Notes: generated by a model not told the origin, from the letters alone. Shown: positions 1-10,126, numbered from the stretch's first letter. The stretch: DNA of 64,000 nucleotides from Candidatus Eiseniibacteriota bacterium (GCA_963823555.1 CAWGMA010000004.1:544001-608000); one strand, 5' to 3'. Made by a program: numbers and translations.

Positions 1-1779
1 ATCGCGGCTTCGACTGCGCCCTACTCGCGGCCTGCGACCTTCGGCGAGGCCGTCGTGCGCGGCTACCTCGGTCCAGGCTGGGAGATCGAGCTCCATCGCA
101 ACGGGGAACTCGTTGATTTCACCCTCACCGATGTCGCCGGCTACTACGAGATCACGGCCCCCGTTGACTACGGAACGAACCCGGTGGACATCCGCGCCTA
201 TGGGCCCAACGGGGAGGTGCGCGAGCTCACGCGCGCGATTCCGATCGCCGCCGAGCGCCTCCCGGCCGGGGCGATCGAGGCCGAGGCGAGTCTGGGCGCC
301 TGCGACGGTCCTGAATGCCGTGGTCTCGCCAACGTCGACGCCCGGATCGGCGTCCATGAAGACTGGACCCTGAGGGGGGGGACCGATCTCTACCTGCGCG
401 ACACGGGTGGCACACCGCTCGTCCATCCCTACCTGACGGCGAGCGGCGTCATCCAGGATGCCTGGCTCCTCCATGCCGATGCCGTGGGCGGCGCCTATGG
501 CGCGGTCGGCGTCGGCTACGAGCCCACGCCCGATCTCCGGGCTTCCGGACGGCATGAAGTGTTCGCCACGCGGGTCGCGGATCCCATTCTGACCACGACC
601 GGACAGCGCGCGCGCACGCTCGTCACGGCCTTCTACCGTCCGGATCCGCGTCGGCGTTCGCTCTACTTGACGCTCGGCGCGCAGCGTGATCGCCTCGCCG
701 TTGACGTGCAGGATCGTCTTGCGCTCGGTCTCTCCGGGCAGGTCGAGAACGTGCGCCTGAATCTCGAGGGACGGGAAGAGAGACTCCGTGCCGGAAGCGC
801 AGTGGCCAGCGCCCACCTGATCGGGGTGACGGCCTCGACCGCGCTCCGCTGGCGCCGGCTGCCGATCGCGCGCGGGCTCTATGTGCGCGGGCAGCTCGAG
901 TGGGAGCTGGGCCGAGGTGCGCTCGAGCGAGCCGGGCTCGTGCTCGGGAAGAACGTGACCCCGTTCTCCCGTGTGGAGCTCGTCGCCGGCTGGTCCCATT
1001 TCGCCGGCACGCAGGTGAGCTGCACCATCTCCGCGCTCCGGCCGGGCCTCCATACCAGCGCCCAGGTGACCCGGGGCTTGAGCGGTGCCGTGACCACCGG
1101 GGCGTTCGCCGAAGGCGCCCTCCTCTGGAACGAAGCGGCGGAGCGCGTCGAGGTCTCCAGCTATCGCACGATCGGTCGCGGCGGCGTGAGCGGACTCGTC
1201 TTCCTCGACGAGAACGCCAGCGGCGGGATGGACCTCGGGGAGGAACCCCTGCCCGGAGTCCGCGTCACGGTGGGTTCTCATGCCGCGACCACCGATGAGG
1301 CCGGCCGCTACACGGTGTGGGATCTCGGACCCTTCGAGGACGCCGAGGTCACGATCGATCCCGAGTCGTTGCCGAGTCCATTCCTGGTGCCGACCGTGGC
1401 TTTCGCGCAGGTGGCGATCGAGCCCAACGGCTTCCGCGAGGTGAATCTCCCGGTGGTCATGGGCGCCGAGGCGTCGGGCCGCGTCAGCCGCGAGGGATCG
1501 GCCGGGGTGGCCGGCGTCGGCGGCGTGCGGGTCATCCTCACGCACCTCGGGACCGGCCGCCGCCATGAGGCGGTGACGTTCCACGATGGCGAGTTCTACG
1601 CGCTCGGTCTGCTTCCCGGCGACTACACCCTCGGCCTGGCTCCCGACACGCTCGAGCTCCTCGGGCTGCGCATCGATGGACCGGCCATCCGCTTCAACGT
1701 ACCGGCCGATCCCGATGCCCGCGCTCCCGCGGTGGACGTCCTCCTGGTCCCGGTGTCGGCGCCCCCCCGGGGCCGCTAG
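1..1779 (+). CDS. Usher-like outer-membrane protein with C-terminal carboxypeptidase-regulatory-like (prealbumin-fold) domains; 5' partial
   Basis: Frame +1 is open from base 1. GWEIELHRNGELVDF...YGTNPVDIRAYGPNGEVRE resembles usher middle/plug regions, followed by amphipathic beta-strands. The C-terminus has GxVFLDENxxGxxDxGEEPLPGV and T(F)HDGEFY...LLPGDYTL motifs. Confidence 0.6.
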   Translation: MAASTAPYSRPATFGEAVVRGYLGPGWEIELHRNGELVDFTLTDVAGYYEITAPVDYGTNPVDIRAYGPNGEVRELTRAIPIAAERLPAGAIEAEASLGACDGPECRGLANVDARIGVHEDWTLRGGTDLYLRDTGGTPLVHPYLTASGVIQDAWLLHADAVGGAYGAVGVGYEPTPDLRASGRHEVFATRVADPILTTTGQRARTLVTAFYRPDPRRRSLYLTLGAQRDRLAVDVQDRLALGLSGQVENVRLNLEGREERLRAGSAVASAHLIGVTASTALRWRRLPIARGLYVRGQLEWELGRGALERAGLVLGKNVTPFSRVELVAGWSHFAGTQVSCTISALRPGLHTSAQVTRGLSGAVTTGAFAEGALLWNEAAERVEVSSYRTIGRGGVSGLVFLDENASGGMDLGEEPLPGVRVTVGSHAATTDEAGRYTVWDLGPFEDAEVTIDPESLPSPFLVPTVAFAQVAIEPNGFREVNLPVVMGAEASGRVSREGSAGVAGVGGVRVILTHLGTGRRHEAVTFHDGEFYALGLLPGDYTLGLAPDTLELLGLRIDGPAIRFNVPADPDARAPAVDVLLVPVSAPPRGR

Positions 1780-2081
1780 TTCGCGACGAATTCCACGAGC
1801 ATCACGGCATCGGGCGCCCGGGGATCGTCGGGGATCCCGGGGTCGAGCCGCGTGACCCGGGCCAGTCCCTCTCGCGTCCAGTCCGGCGCGAAATTCCCGC
1901 TCTGGGCGAGGAGGGACGACATGACGTCGAGCGCGGCGGCGCTCGGTCCGGCATCGAGGACGGTGGCCGACACGGTGATCGAGGCGGCGGCGGATCCTGC
2001 GCTTGGTTCGGGGATCGCGGCCGCGACCACGCCCGCGGTGAAGACGGCGGCCGCGATGAGCAGGGGGACGATGCGGAGCAT
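1776..2081 (-). CDS. Small secreted hypothetical protein (101 aa)
   Basis: Signal peptide MLRIVPLLIAAAVFTAGVVAAA. The stop overlaps the usher-like gene stop (CTAG, 1776-1779). Confidence 0.55.
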   Translation of the reverse strand: MLRIVPLLIAAAVFTAGVVAAAIPEPSAGSAAASITVSATVLDAGPSAAALDVMSSLLAQSGNFAPDWTREGLARVTRLDPGIPDDPRAPDAVMLVEFVAN

Positions 2082-2107
2082 GGGGTTGATCTCGGAGCGG
2101 GATCGCG

Positions 2108-2154
2108 GCGCCGTGGGGACTTTCCCCCGGCGGCCGGGCGAAAGTTCCCGGCGC
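2108..2154. other. Imperfect inverted repeat (possible terminator of the S9 gene or an operator)
   Basis: GGGGACTTTC-C-CCCGG...CCGGG-C-GAAAGTTCCC flanked by GCGCC/GGCGC. Confidence 0.35.
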
Positions 2155-2277
2155 GACCGGCTAACTTGTGGCCCGGCAATCAGGTGGAGCGATCATTCCG
2201 AGGCATTGCAAGTCGCGGGCCGTGCCGGCGCGTCCCCTTGCATCCTGCAGCGGTGCTGCGACTCCCCCGATGGCGGC

Positions 2278-4191
2278 CTACGGCTTCAGGTGGTGGGCGA
2301 AGAACTCGGTGATCTTCGTGTAGCAGGTCACCTTGTTCTTGTACTTGAGGACATCGTGACCCTCATCCTCGAAGACGAGATAGTCGACCGTCTTCCCCAG
2401 CGCGCGTAGCCGTTCCACCACATCTCGCGACTCGCGCTCCACGACTCGCGGGTCGTTCTGGCCCTGGATGACGAGGAGCGGACAGGTGATCCGCTCGATG
2501 TAGGTCGCCGGAGAGCGCTCGACGAGAAAATCCCTGTCCACGGCGGGATCGCCGACCGCGATGGCGAAGTAGGGCTTCCAGGTCTCGGGTATGCGGCTCA
2601 TGAAGGTCAACAGATCGTACGGACCGAACATATCGACCGCGGCGGCCCACAGCTCCGGGTGGCGGGCGGCCAGGGTCAAGGTCATGTAGCCGCCGTACGA
2701 GCGTCCGATCACCGCGGCGCGCTTCACATCGAGGCGCGGATCGCGGGGCAGGACCTCGGTCATGGCATGCACGTGATCGAGGCGGTCCTGGCCCCCCCAG
2801 TCGTGATCGACCTCTTTCATGTACGAAAGCCCGTAACCGGTCGAGCCGCGGGCGTTGGGAACGAAGACCGCGAATCCGTGCAGGGAGAGGAACTGGATGA
2901 GCGGCATCGAGAACCAGGCGAAGTCAGGTCGCTCCTGCCCCTGCGGGCCGCCGTGGACGTAGTAGACGACAGGTCGAGATCCCTTGTAGCCGAGGTCGGG
3001 CGCGGGCAGGTAGAGACGGGCCGAGATGCGAAGTCCATCGAACGAGCGGTAGGAGGCGTCCTCGCCGCGCGCCAGCCAGGCGGCAGGGATCCCGAGCACG
3101 CGCTCGCGCGTGTGCTGCACGTGGACATGCGACTCCCGCCTCTCGAGCGTGTGGATCTGGGTCGGGGTCGTGGCCGTCGAGAAGGACAGGGTGTGCGTGT
3201 CGGTGTCCGCGTCGTAGCTGGCCGACTCGATCACGCCATGGGTCAGGGGGGCCATCCCGCAGATCACGCGGTCGAGCGTCATGCTGCGATCGGCCACGTC
3301 GAACCGACCCTCGTACATCCAGGAGCAGCCGTCGATGTTGTAGGTGACGGCGAAGCGATCGGCGTCGAGATGTTCGATTCCCGTCAGCTCGCCCTCCCCG
3401 GTATGCACGATGCCGGACACCGAGACCGGTTGCACGACTTCCGGATCGGCAAGATCCAGGTAATCGATGCCGTAGCGGTCGGAGTGGATGGCGGAAGCCA
3501 GGAGCAGTCCGCGGTCGCCGATGTACTCCGCCGCGGCAATCCCGGAGAGCGGGTAGTCGTGCCCCGGCTTGCGCTTCTCGAGTGGAGTGCCGTACAGGAG
3601 ATCGCGCCTGCCCTCGCCGAGCTCCGCTCGCCACTCGTAGAGCGTGACGTCCCCGGCGGTGTAGCCATCGCCGAGGAGGACGCGCGTATGATCGGCGTTG
3701 TGCGCGATCGGTACCGAACCCCAGCGACTCTCGCCGAGGCGATCCAGCTTTCCGGTCGGCAGATGGCCGCGGAAGGCGCGGTTCACCGCCTCGCGGCGCG
3801 ATTCCGCCGACAGATAGAGGATGCCACGCCTCGGATCCACGCGCGTCATGCTGACGCGGTCGTTGGCCAGCTGAGCGCCGAAGGCCGGCTCCGGGAAGCC
3901 CCCGCCGATCGGGATCACCATCGGCTGATAGTTCTCATCCCCGTCCCGATCGATCATGACGATGATCTTCTCGAGCCGGGGGAAAACGTGGAAGGGGTGG
4001 CCTGTCATCAGGTGCGGGTTCTGGAGTGCGATCGATGGCGGTAGGAGCGGCTCCGGGAAGCTGCCCCCGGAACGGGCATCCATCACGTAGAGGCTCAGCC
4101 GGCCGCTGAGATCGCTCAGGAAGTAGATGCGGCCCCCGGCGATTCGCGGGGCGAGGACCAGACGCGCGGAGAGCAAGGATTCGATGCGCAT
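2278..4191 (-). CDS. S9 family (acylaminoacyl/prolyl oligopeptidase-like) peptidase
   Basis: VHGGP, NARGSTGYG, nucleophile GRSYGG, QGQNDPRV and DEGH catalytic motifs; N-terminal propeller region. Confidence 0.92.
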   Translation of the reverse strand: MRIESLLSARLVLAPRIAGGRIYFLSDLSGRLSLYVMDARSGGSFPEPLLPPSIALQNPHLMTGHPFHVFPRLEKIIVMIDRDGDENYQPMVIPIGGGFPEPAFGAQLANDRVSMTRVDPRRGILYLSAESRREAVNRAFRGHLPTGKLDRLGESRWGSVPIAHNADHTRVLLGDGYTAGDVTLYEWRAELGEGRRDLLYGTPLEKRKPGHDYPLSGIAAAEYIGDRGLLLASAIHSDRYGIDYLDLADPEVVQPVSVSGIVHTGEGELTGIEHLDADRFAVTYNIDGCSWMYEGRFDVADRSMTLDRVICGMAPLTHGVIESASYDADTDTHTLSFSTATTPTQIHTLERRESHVHVQHTRERVLGIPAAWLARGEDASYRSFDGLRISARLYLPAPDLGYKGSRPVVYYVHGGPQGQERPDFAWFSMPLIQFLSLHGFAVFVPNARGSTGYGLSYMKEVDHDWGGQDRLDHVHAMTEVLPRDPRLDVKRAAVIGRSYGGYMTLTLAARHPELWAAAVDMFGPYDLLTFMSRIPETWKPYFAIAVGDPAVDRDFLVERSPATYIERITCPLLVIQGQNDPRVVERESRDVVERLRALGKTVDYLVFEDEGHDVLKYKNKVTCYTKITEFFAHHLKP

Positions 4192-4242
4192 GAACGTTGT
4201 CCCTTGGTCGGTGCTTGGTCTGCGGCCGGGTTCACATCGACG

Positions 4243-5178
4243 TTACACCACGTCGGATGGGAGACTGATCGCGGCAGGGCGCATCACCGGAGTGTAGGCG
4301 CCCCGCACCATGTAGAGCGAGAGATTCGTGGCCCGGAAACCCATGGCCATGGCCTGCGCCACGACATCGGCCTGGGATGCCAGCAAGTGGACGAGGAAGA
4401 TGTTGGCCTCCTGTCCCAGGCGCTCGCCAAGCCGGGCGAGCAGCTTGCCGAGCAGATCGGCCGACTCGGCGCCGCCGGGGCCGATCATCGCCAGCTGGCC
4501 CTCGATGCGGCCGAAGAGGTACCCGCGCACGGTGTCGCCGTCGAGGGCTGCGAGGCCGATGCCGCCGCCGGCGACCAGGGAGCGAAAGTCGCGCTCGCGC
4601 GACCCACCGAAGTATGCGGCATCGAAGCGAGCCACGCTTGTCACGTCCGCCGGCCCGATCTCGCGCACCGGCGCCGGGGCGATCGCCTCGAGCATCCCAG
4701 GGCCTTTGAGTGCGCCGAGGGCGACGAGGCGCAGTCCGTAGTCGCGCGGGACGTAGCCTCGCTTGAGGGGAATGGTGAAGGCTCGCATGTTGAAGGCATC
4801 GACGAAGAGGCGGGTGGATGAGCAGCGTGCGGCGCGGTCGCTGAGGGCCTCGAAGAGGCGAGTGCCAATTCCCGCCGCCTGGTCGGGAGGATCGACGACG
4901 ACCGGGCCGAGCGATGCCACCTCGTCGCGCAGGTGGAGGAAGCCCGCGCCCACGATCTTGTCGCCGCGCCGGGCCACGGCGGCCTCGCCGCGATCGAGCT
5001 CGAGATAGAGGCGAGCCAGTCGCTCGCCCTCCTTCTCGTCGGTGATCGGTTCCGGTAGTCCATGCATGCGGAAAGCGTTGCCGATGGCGCGGTAGATGAT
5101 GGCGCCGACCGGGGCCGTATCGGCAGCGGTCATCGGAGCCAGCTCGGGCCTATCGGCGGGCAAGACGTCGAAGTTCAT
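4243..5178 (-). CDS. GNAT family N-acetyltransferase with tandem GNAT-like C-terminal domain
   Basis: LGPVVVDPPDQAAGIGTRL acetyl-CoA motif A; ATG 5178 follows a purine-rich RBS (GGAAAGGA). Confidence 0.8.
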   Translation of the reverse strand: MNFDVLPADRPELAPMTAADTAPVGAIIYRAIGNAFRMHGLPEPITDEKEGERLARLYLELDRGEAAVARRGDKIVGAGFLHLRDEVASLGPVVVDPPDQAAGIGTRLFEALSDRAARCSSTRLFVDAFNMRAFTIPLKRGYVPRDYGLRLVALGALKGPGMLEAIAPAPVREIGPADVTSVARFDAAYFGGSRERDFRSLVAGGGIGLAALDGDTVRGYLFGRIEGQLAMIGPGGAESADLLGKLLARLGERLGQEANIFLVHLLASQADVVAQAMAMGFRATNLSLYMVRGAYTPVMRPAAISLPSDVV

Positions 5179-5218
5179 CGTCCTTTCCTGTGACTTGATG
5201 ACTGCTGCGGCGACGAGG

Positions 5219-5572
5219 TCACCCCACCACCCCTTCGACGAGCGCGGCGAAGAACCGGGCCAGGTCATGGGAATAGGGCATCGGCATCGCGGAGCAGGTG
5301 CCGTAGCCCATCGACGTGCTGGTGGCGAGCCCTAACCACAGATCGTACTCGAGCCCGTGGAAGCGCCAGCGGGGGAGGAGGGAGTCTACTCCAGCGCGGT
5401 CATGCTGCCCAGGGGGCGGGCTTGCCGGGGCGGGTGCTGCCGAGGCGCTGCCAGACCGCGGCGAGCGCGGGAAGGTAGCGCACGAGCACCCGAAGGCCAG
5501 TTCGTTCACGCGACGGACGGTCTCGCGGTCTGCCTGCTCCTCGGGCCGGATGGTTGCCGGTGCTTCAGCCAT
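5219..5572 (-). pseudogene. Chimeric relic: YhbS-like GNAT N-terminus joined to a degenerate K+-channel pore-like fragment
   Basis: IRPEEQADRETVRRVNELAFG is a typical GNAT start. TSTSMGYG...P...RFFAALVEGVVG resembles TTxGYGD-pore plus the inner helix. The middle is low-complexity. Confidence 0.45.
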
Positions 5573-5972
5573 GTTGGGTCCGGCTCCCGGTCGGCGGCCC
5601 GGCGCCGGCCCTGGTCCGGGGCTGCCACCTGAAGGCCTCGAGCGAGACCCGGCCGTTCGCGTCGAACACCACCCCTTCGCGTTCGAGCAGAAATCGCTGC
5701 GCGAGCCCTCCGCCCGGTTCCTGACGGCCGAGGCTGATCGTGCCGCGCGCGTTCAGGACCCGATGCCACGGCACGGAGGAATGCGCGGGCAAGGCATGGA
5801 GCGCGTAGCCGACGAGACGCGCCTGGCCGGGGAGACCGGCCACCCGCGCGATGTCGCCGTAGGTCGCGACCCGGCCGCGAGGGATGCGGCGCACCGCGGC
5901 GTAGATCCTCCGGTAGCGCTCGGAGCTGGGATCCGGGGCGGTGTTCACGCCCCGGGCCCGTCTGGATCGCAT
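5565..5972 (-). CDS. Alkyltransferase-like protein (MGMT family, ATL)
   Basis: IPRGRVATYGDIA HTH and PWHRV, with Trp replacing the catalytic Cys. Confidence 0.88.
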   Translation of the reverse strand: MRSRRARGVNTAPDPSSERYRRIYAAVRRIPRGRVATYGDIARVAGLPGQARLVGYALHALPAHSSVPWHRVLNARGTISLGRQEPGGGLAQRFLLEREGVVFDANGRVSLEAFRWQPRTRAGAGPPTGSRTQHG

Positions 5973-5981
5973 GGCGTGGGC

Positions 5982-6557
5982 CTAGGGTCGCGTCCGCGCG
6001 TGCTTCATGAGCTCCCCAGCTCCGAGGCCCCAGTTCGCGATGCAGCGCGCGATGCGCATGGGGGCCACGTCGAGAAGCTGCACACTCTCGCGCTCGACGA
6101 TCATGAGCGGGCCGGCGGTCGGGTTCGGAGGCTCGGGCATGAAGACCGAGCAGAGCCCTCCGCTGATCTCCTCGACCAGGAAGCCGAGGAAGTACCCGTC
6201 GCCCGTCCTGATCATCGCCGGTTTGACCTGACTCTCCCCCTCGCGCGTGAGCACGTTCCCGATCCCGCGGATCACCCCCCAGATGGGAAGGATACTGGCG
6301 ATCTTGCGATCGGCGCCGCGAGTGATCCGCTTTCCTGGCCCGGTGCGGACGATGAGTCCGGCGAGGAGGCAGGCCAGGGCGACGAGAATGAGCGCCCAGA
6401 GGCCGGGCAACGCCGCCTCGAAGGGCAAGTGCTGAGCGATGGGGGCCAGGGCGCTCCTGAAAGCCCCCAGCACCTTCTTCAGCTGAAGCAGGATGAAGCT
6501 CACTGGCACCACCACGAAGATTCCACCGATCAGAGTGTCCCAGAGGAATTTCCGCAT
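5982..6557 (-). CDS. DUF502-like membrane protein
   Basis: Two N-terminal TM segments; VFMPEPPNPTAG matches the family's VFxPxxPNPTxG motif. Confidence 0.75.
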   Translation of the reverse strand: MRKFLWDTLIGGIFVVVPVSFILLQLKKVLGAFRSALAPIAQHLPFEAALPGLWALILVALACLLAGLIVRTGPGKRITRGADRKIASILPIWGVIRGIGNVLTREGESQVKPAMIRTGDGYFLGFLVEEISGGLCSVFMPEPPNPTAGPLMIVERESVQLLDVAPMRIARCIANWGLGAGELMKHARTRP

Positions 6558-6635
6558 CGCGTTCGGCTGGGAGCCGTCCTCCTTCCTGGGTCGCCGCCTT
6601 GTTCGCCGGCCGATCGTCCGCCGCGGGCGACAGGG

Positions 6636-7164
6636 CTAGCGACCGCCGGCTCGAGCCTTGATCTCGAGCGCGCGTCCGAGCGAGCGCTCGGCTTCATCGT
6701 CGCGGCCGAGACCCGCGAGCAGGAGTCCATGATTGTAGTGCACGCGGGCATTCCCCGTCATGCCGCTCGCCGCGGCGGCGAGGAAGCGTTCCGCCTCCTC
6801 GGACCGGCCCATCTCGGCGAGCAGGAGTCCGAGCGAGTAGGATGCTTCGCTCTGCTCGGGATAGGCCGTGACCACCTCGCGCAGGAGATCCCCGACCAGT
6901 GGAATGTAGGTGGCCATGCCGATCACGATCAGGGTGTTGGCGCTCCAGTAGTGCATCGCTCGCACCATGGCGCCAAAGCGCACTTGGTCCTCGAGGTGTT
7001 TCACCGACTCGCAGGCGTCGCCGGGCACGACAGGTCTCGAAGACGGTCTTGGCGCATTCCTGATCGGTGCGCGGGGGGAGCGGCCCGCGCACGATCGAGC
7101 GCCAGGTCCGGCGCCCGAGGGACCCGGCCCTCGCTGGTGGCCCGTCGCGGCGCACGGATCTCAT
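6636..7164 (-). pseudogene. Collapsed relic of a cytochrome b/b6 gene fused to a TPR fragment
   Basis: ATG 7164 overlaps the upstream stop (ATGA). After a frame change near 7030, ESVKHLEDQVRFGAMVRAMHYWSAN (heme-His helix B) is joined to YIPLVGDLLR (cd helix), then TPR-like YSLGLLLAEMG...VHYNHGLLL. Confidence 0.55.
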
Positions 7165-7700
7165 CTCGACGCCCCGGCCACATGGTCGGCGCCGGCCGAG
7201 GCGGCGAGGATCTCGCCGAAGTAGAAGCGGTGATAATCCCGGGCGGGATAGTGCTCTTCGATCGCCGGGTCGAGAAAGTGCCCCGGATCCAGATCTCCCC
7301 AGTAGATCTTGCGGCACTCGACGACGAGATCGGCTTCGGCGAAGCAGGGGGCGGCCACCTGGAGCGACGCGGTCGGCGTCAGTCCGGATTCGGCGATCTT
7401 GTCGCCATCGCGGCCCGACTTGGTGCCGAGAAGGCGTACGGCCTCGCGGTACCGCTCGGGAAAGGAGCTCAAGGTGAAGGAGTCAAACCGCTCCATGAAG
7501 CCGTGCGTGTAGCGAGTGGGACGGACGACGACCTGGGCGAAGGGTAGATTCCAGATGGTGCCGAAGCTGCCCCAGGACACCGTCATGGTGTTGAAGTCGC
7601 CGCGGGAGAAATCCCCGGCGGTGAGCAGGAACCAGCGCTGGTCCCAGATCTCGAGCGAGCGCAGGAGCAGGCGGGAGAGAGCGACGTGGGATCGGGTCAT
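7161..7700 (-). CDS. Flavin reductase-like (split-barrel FMN-binding) protein
   Basis: NTMTVSWG, VRPTRYT, GTKSGRDGDK and DYHRFYFGEI motifs. Confidence 0.85.
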   Translation of the reverse strand: MTRSHVALSRLLLRSLEIWDQRWFLLTAGDFSRGDFNTMTVSWGSFGTIWNLPFAQVVVRPTRYTHGFMERFDSFTLSSFPERYREAVRLLGTKSGRDGDKIAESGLTPTASLQVAAPCFAEADLVVECRKIYWGDLDPGHFLDPAIEEHYPARDYHRFYFGEILAASAGADHVAGASR

Positions 7701-7903
7701 AGGGCCATCCTTGGCTGTCCGGCCGGTGCCAACCGCCCGGAATATACCATCTCCGATGCGGTGTCACGGATGGCTCGATCCGGCCGGGAAATGCCTGCGG
7801 CGGATCACCCGAGGGCGATCCGCCGCTGCTGATGGCCTTGAGGACGATCCCTTGATCGACTCGGGGATCGCGTTGGCGATTGGGGTTATCCGGGAGCCGA
7901 GCG

Positions 7904-8854
7904 CTATCCGATCGAGATCCGGCTCTTGTTCTGAGCCAGCCACTGCTCGAACGTCTTGAGGCTCGGGTTCAGCTTGCGCGTGAGGCTCAGGTCGCGCGCG
8001 CCGACGAACTGCTCCTGGAAGTCGCGCTTGAACTGGAACATGTTGCCCAGGTCATCGGCTCCCGGGAAGCCGAAACCGCGGTAGGTGTCCGGAGAAACGG
8101 CGTTGTAGCGCACTTCCTGACCCAGCGCCTTGCTCAGTGCCGTGGCCATCTGGCTCCCGGTCAGGTGCTCGCCGGCGATTCCCACCGTCTTGCCGACATA
8201 CTCGAGGCCAGCCTTGAAGATGCCATAGGCGGCGGCGCCGATGTCCTCGGTGGCGATGCCGGGCAGCTTCTTGTCATCCATGGGGAACGTGATGGCCAGG
8301 TTGCCGTCGGGACCCTTCTTGGGACCCATGCCGAAGTGGATCAGGTTGTCCCAGTAGAAGGAAGTCAGGAGAAAGGTGGTCGGCAGGCCGACTTGGGTGA
8401 AGACTCGATTCGCCTCCGCCTTGGCTTCGAAATGCGGCACCTTGTATTTCCCCATGAGCGTGGGCATGCGCGTGTCGGTGAGCGGTACCCACTGGCGGGG
8501 ATCCTCGAAGGTGGACCAGACCGCGTGCTTGACGCCGGACTTCCTGGCGGCGCGGGCCATGTTCGCGGCCTGGGCGAACTCCCTCTCGGGCGAGAAGTGC
8601 TCCCAGAAGTTGGTGACGCAGAAGGCACCGTGGGCGCCCTTGAACGCGCGCTCCAGGCTGGCCTCGTCGTCGAGGTCGGCGGTCACCACCTCGGCGCCCA
8701 TCTGGGCCAGGGCCTTGGCCTTGTCGGACTGGGCGTTCCGCGTGATGGCGCGCACCGCGAAGCCGCCGTTGGGATCGTTGAGGATGGCGCGGGCCAGGCC
8801 GCCGCCCTGGGCGCCGGTGGCGCCGACCACGGCAATGATCTTCTTCTCAGCCAT
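7904..8854 (-). CDS. NmrA/HSCARG family NAD(P)-binding protein
   Basis: VVGATGAQGG Rossmann motif, AFCVTNFW, VPHFEAK. Confidence 0.92.
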   Translation of the reverse strand: MAEKKIIAVVGATGAQGGGLARAILNDPNGGFAVRAITRNAQSDKAKALAQMGAEVVTADLDDEASLERAFKGAHGAFCVTNFWEHFSPEREFAQAANMARAARKSGVKHAVWSTFEDPRQWVPLTDTRMPTLMGKYKVPHFEAKAEANRVFTQVGLPTTFLLTSFYWDNLIHFGMGPKKGPDGNLAITFPMDDKKLPGIATEDIGAAAYGIFKAGLEYVGKTVGIAGEHLTGSQMATALSKALGQEVRYNAVSPDTYRGFGFPGADDLGNMFQFKRDFQEQFVGARDLSLTRKLNPSLKTFEQWLAQNKSRISIG

Positions 8855-9131
8855 ACTCGATCAACTCCTCTGGAAAAGGCGATATGCGTGTCACAGGGGG
8901 GCTGGAGCTGGGGTCTCGAATTCCACTGCTCTTGGGATGCGGCGAGTCGCCCTGCTGATGCAGACTTTCTATCGTGTCGTGCCGGTTCTTTGCCTTCCGA
9001 CTTGCAGGTGATGATTCGGGCGGCTAACCTGGCGTCCCTGTGTGACCAGCCGACCAGCTTTACGTGCCCATCCCGGGCGTGCCGGTCATCTCAGTCCCTG
9101 GGTGCGGAAGACAAGGAACCGGAAGGAAGCG

Positions 9132-9386
9132 ATGCAAAAGGTCGTTCTCGGCTTGCTCCTCGCTCTGATCGGCAGCATGGCGCTCTCGGTGGCGGCGGGG
9201 AAGTGGTTCTTCACCCTCTATCAGGGTTCGATTCCCGATGCGCTGCGGGCGCAGACGATCACGAGCGGAACGCAGCTCATGTTCATCTCGCGCGGCATGA
9301 TCCTCGGGGTCGCGGTCTTCGTCTGGACCATGATTGCCGTCCTCATGGCCCCGCTCTTCAAGTCGCGCTCGGTTCCCCGGGCCTGA
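9132..9386 (+). CDS. Small two-TM membrane protein (84 aa)
   Basis: RBS GGAAGGAAG before ATG 9132; two hydrophobic helices. Confidence 0.6.
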   Translation: MQKVVLGLLLALIGSMALSVAAGKWFFTLYQGSIPDALRAQTITSGTQLMFISRGMILGVAVFVWTMIAVLMAPLFKSRSVPRA

Positions 9387-9397
9387 TCTGCGCGTGA

Positions 9398-10126
9398 TCA
9401 GGCCAGGTTCTCGGCGGCGAAGTCCCAGTTGAGGAGCTTCTCGATCACGGCGTTGACATATTCCCCGCGCCGGTTCTGGTAGTCGAGATAGTAGGCGTGC
9501 TCCCAGACGTCGATCGTCAAGAGCGGCTTGAGACCCTGGGTCACCGGGGTGTCGGCGTTCCCTGTCTTCACCACCTTGATCTCGTCGCCGGCGGCGACGA
9601 GCCAGGCCCATCCGCTGCCGAACTGCCCGGTGGCCGCACCGGCCAGCGCCTTCTTGCATGCCGCCATGTCGCCGAAGGATGCCTCGATCTTCTGCTTGAG
9701 CGCAGCGGGCGGATCGCCGCCGCCATTCGGCTTCAAGCTTCGCCAGTAGAAGGCATGGTTCCAGGCCTGAGCGGCGTTATTGAAGATCGCCACCTGCTCG
9801 GCCTTGCCGGTCGTCGCCTTCACGATCCCAGCGAGTGACATCTCCTCGAACTCGGTGCCGGCGGTCAACTTGTTCAGGTTGTCGACGTAGGCCTTGTGGT
9901 GCTTGCCATAGTGAAAGCTCATGGTGTGGGCCGAGATCACCGGCTCGAGCCCGTTCTCGGCGTAGGGCAGCTTGGGTAACTCCTGCGGGGGCGCGGCTGC
10001 GGCGATGTGGGGAAAGCCGGCCAGAGCGGCCAGGGTGACCCCGCCGGCTGCAATCAGGAACTCACGGCGACCGGGGTCCTTGGTTTCGGGATCGGGATTC
10101 ATCTCGTTCACGACATCCTCCTTCAT
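9398..10126 (-). CDS. sodB: Fe/Mn superoxide dismutase (Fe-type signature) with Tat signal peptide
   Basis: [32 protein letters not shown]-terminal GRREFL twin-arginine motif. Confidence 0.9.
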   Translation of the reverse strand: MKEDVVNEMNPDPETKDPGRREFLIAAGGVTLAALAGFPHIAAAAPPQELPKLPYAENGLEPVISAHTMSFHYGKHHKAYVDNLNKLTAGTEFEEMSLAGIVKATTGKAEQVAIFNNAAQAWNHAFYWRSLKPNGGGDPPAALKQKIEASFGDMAACKKALAGAATGQFGSGWAWLVAAGDEIKVVKTGNADTPVTQGLKPLLTIDVWEHAYYLDYQNRRGEYVNAVIEKLLNWDFAAENLA

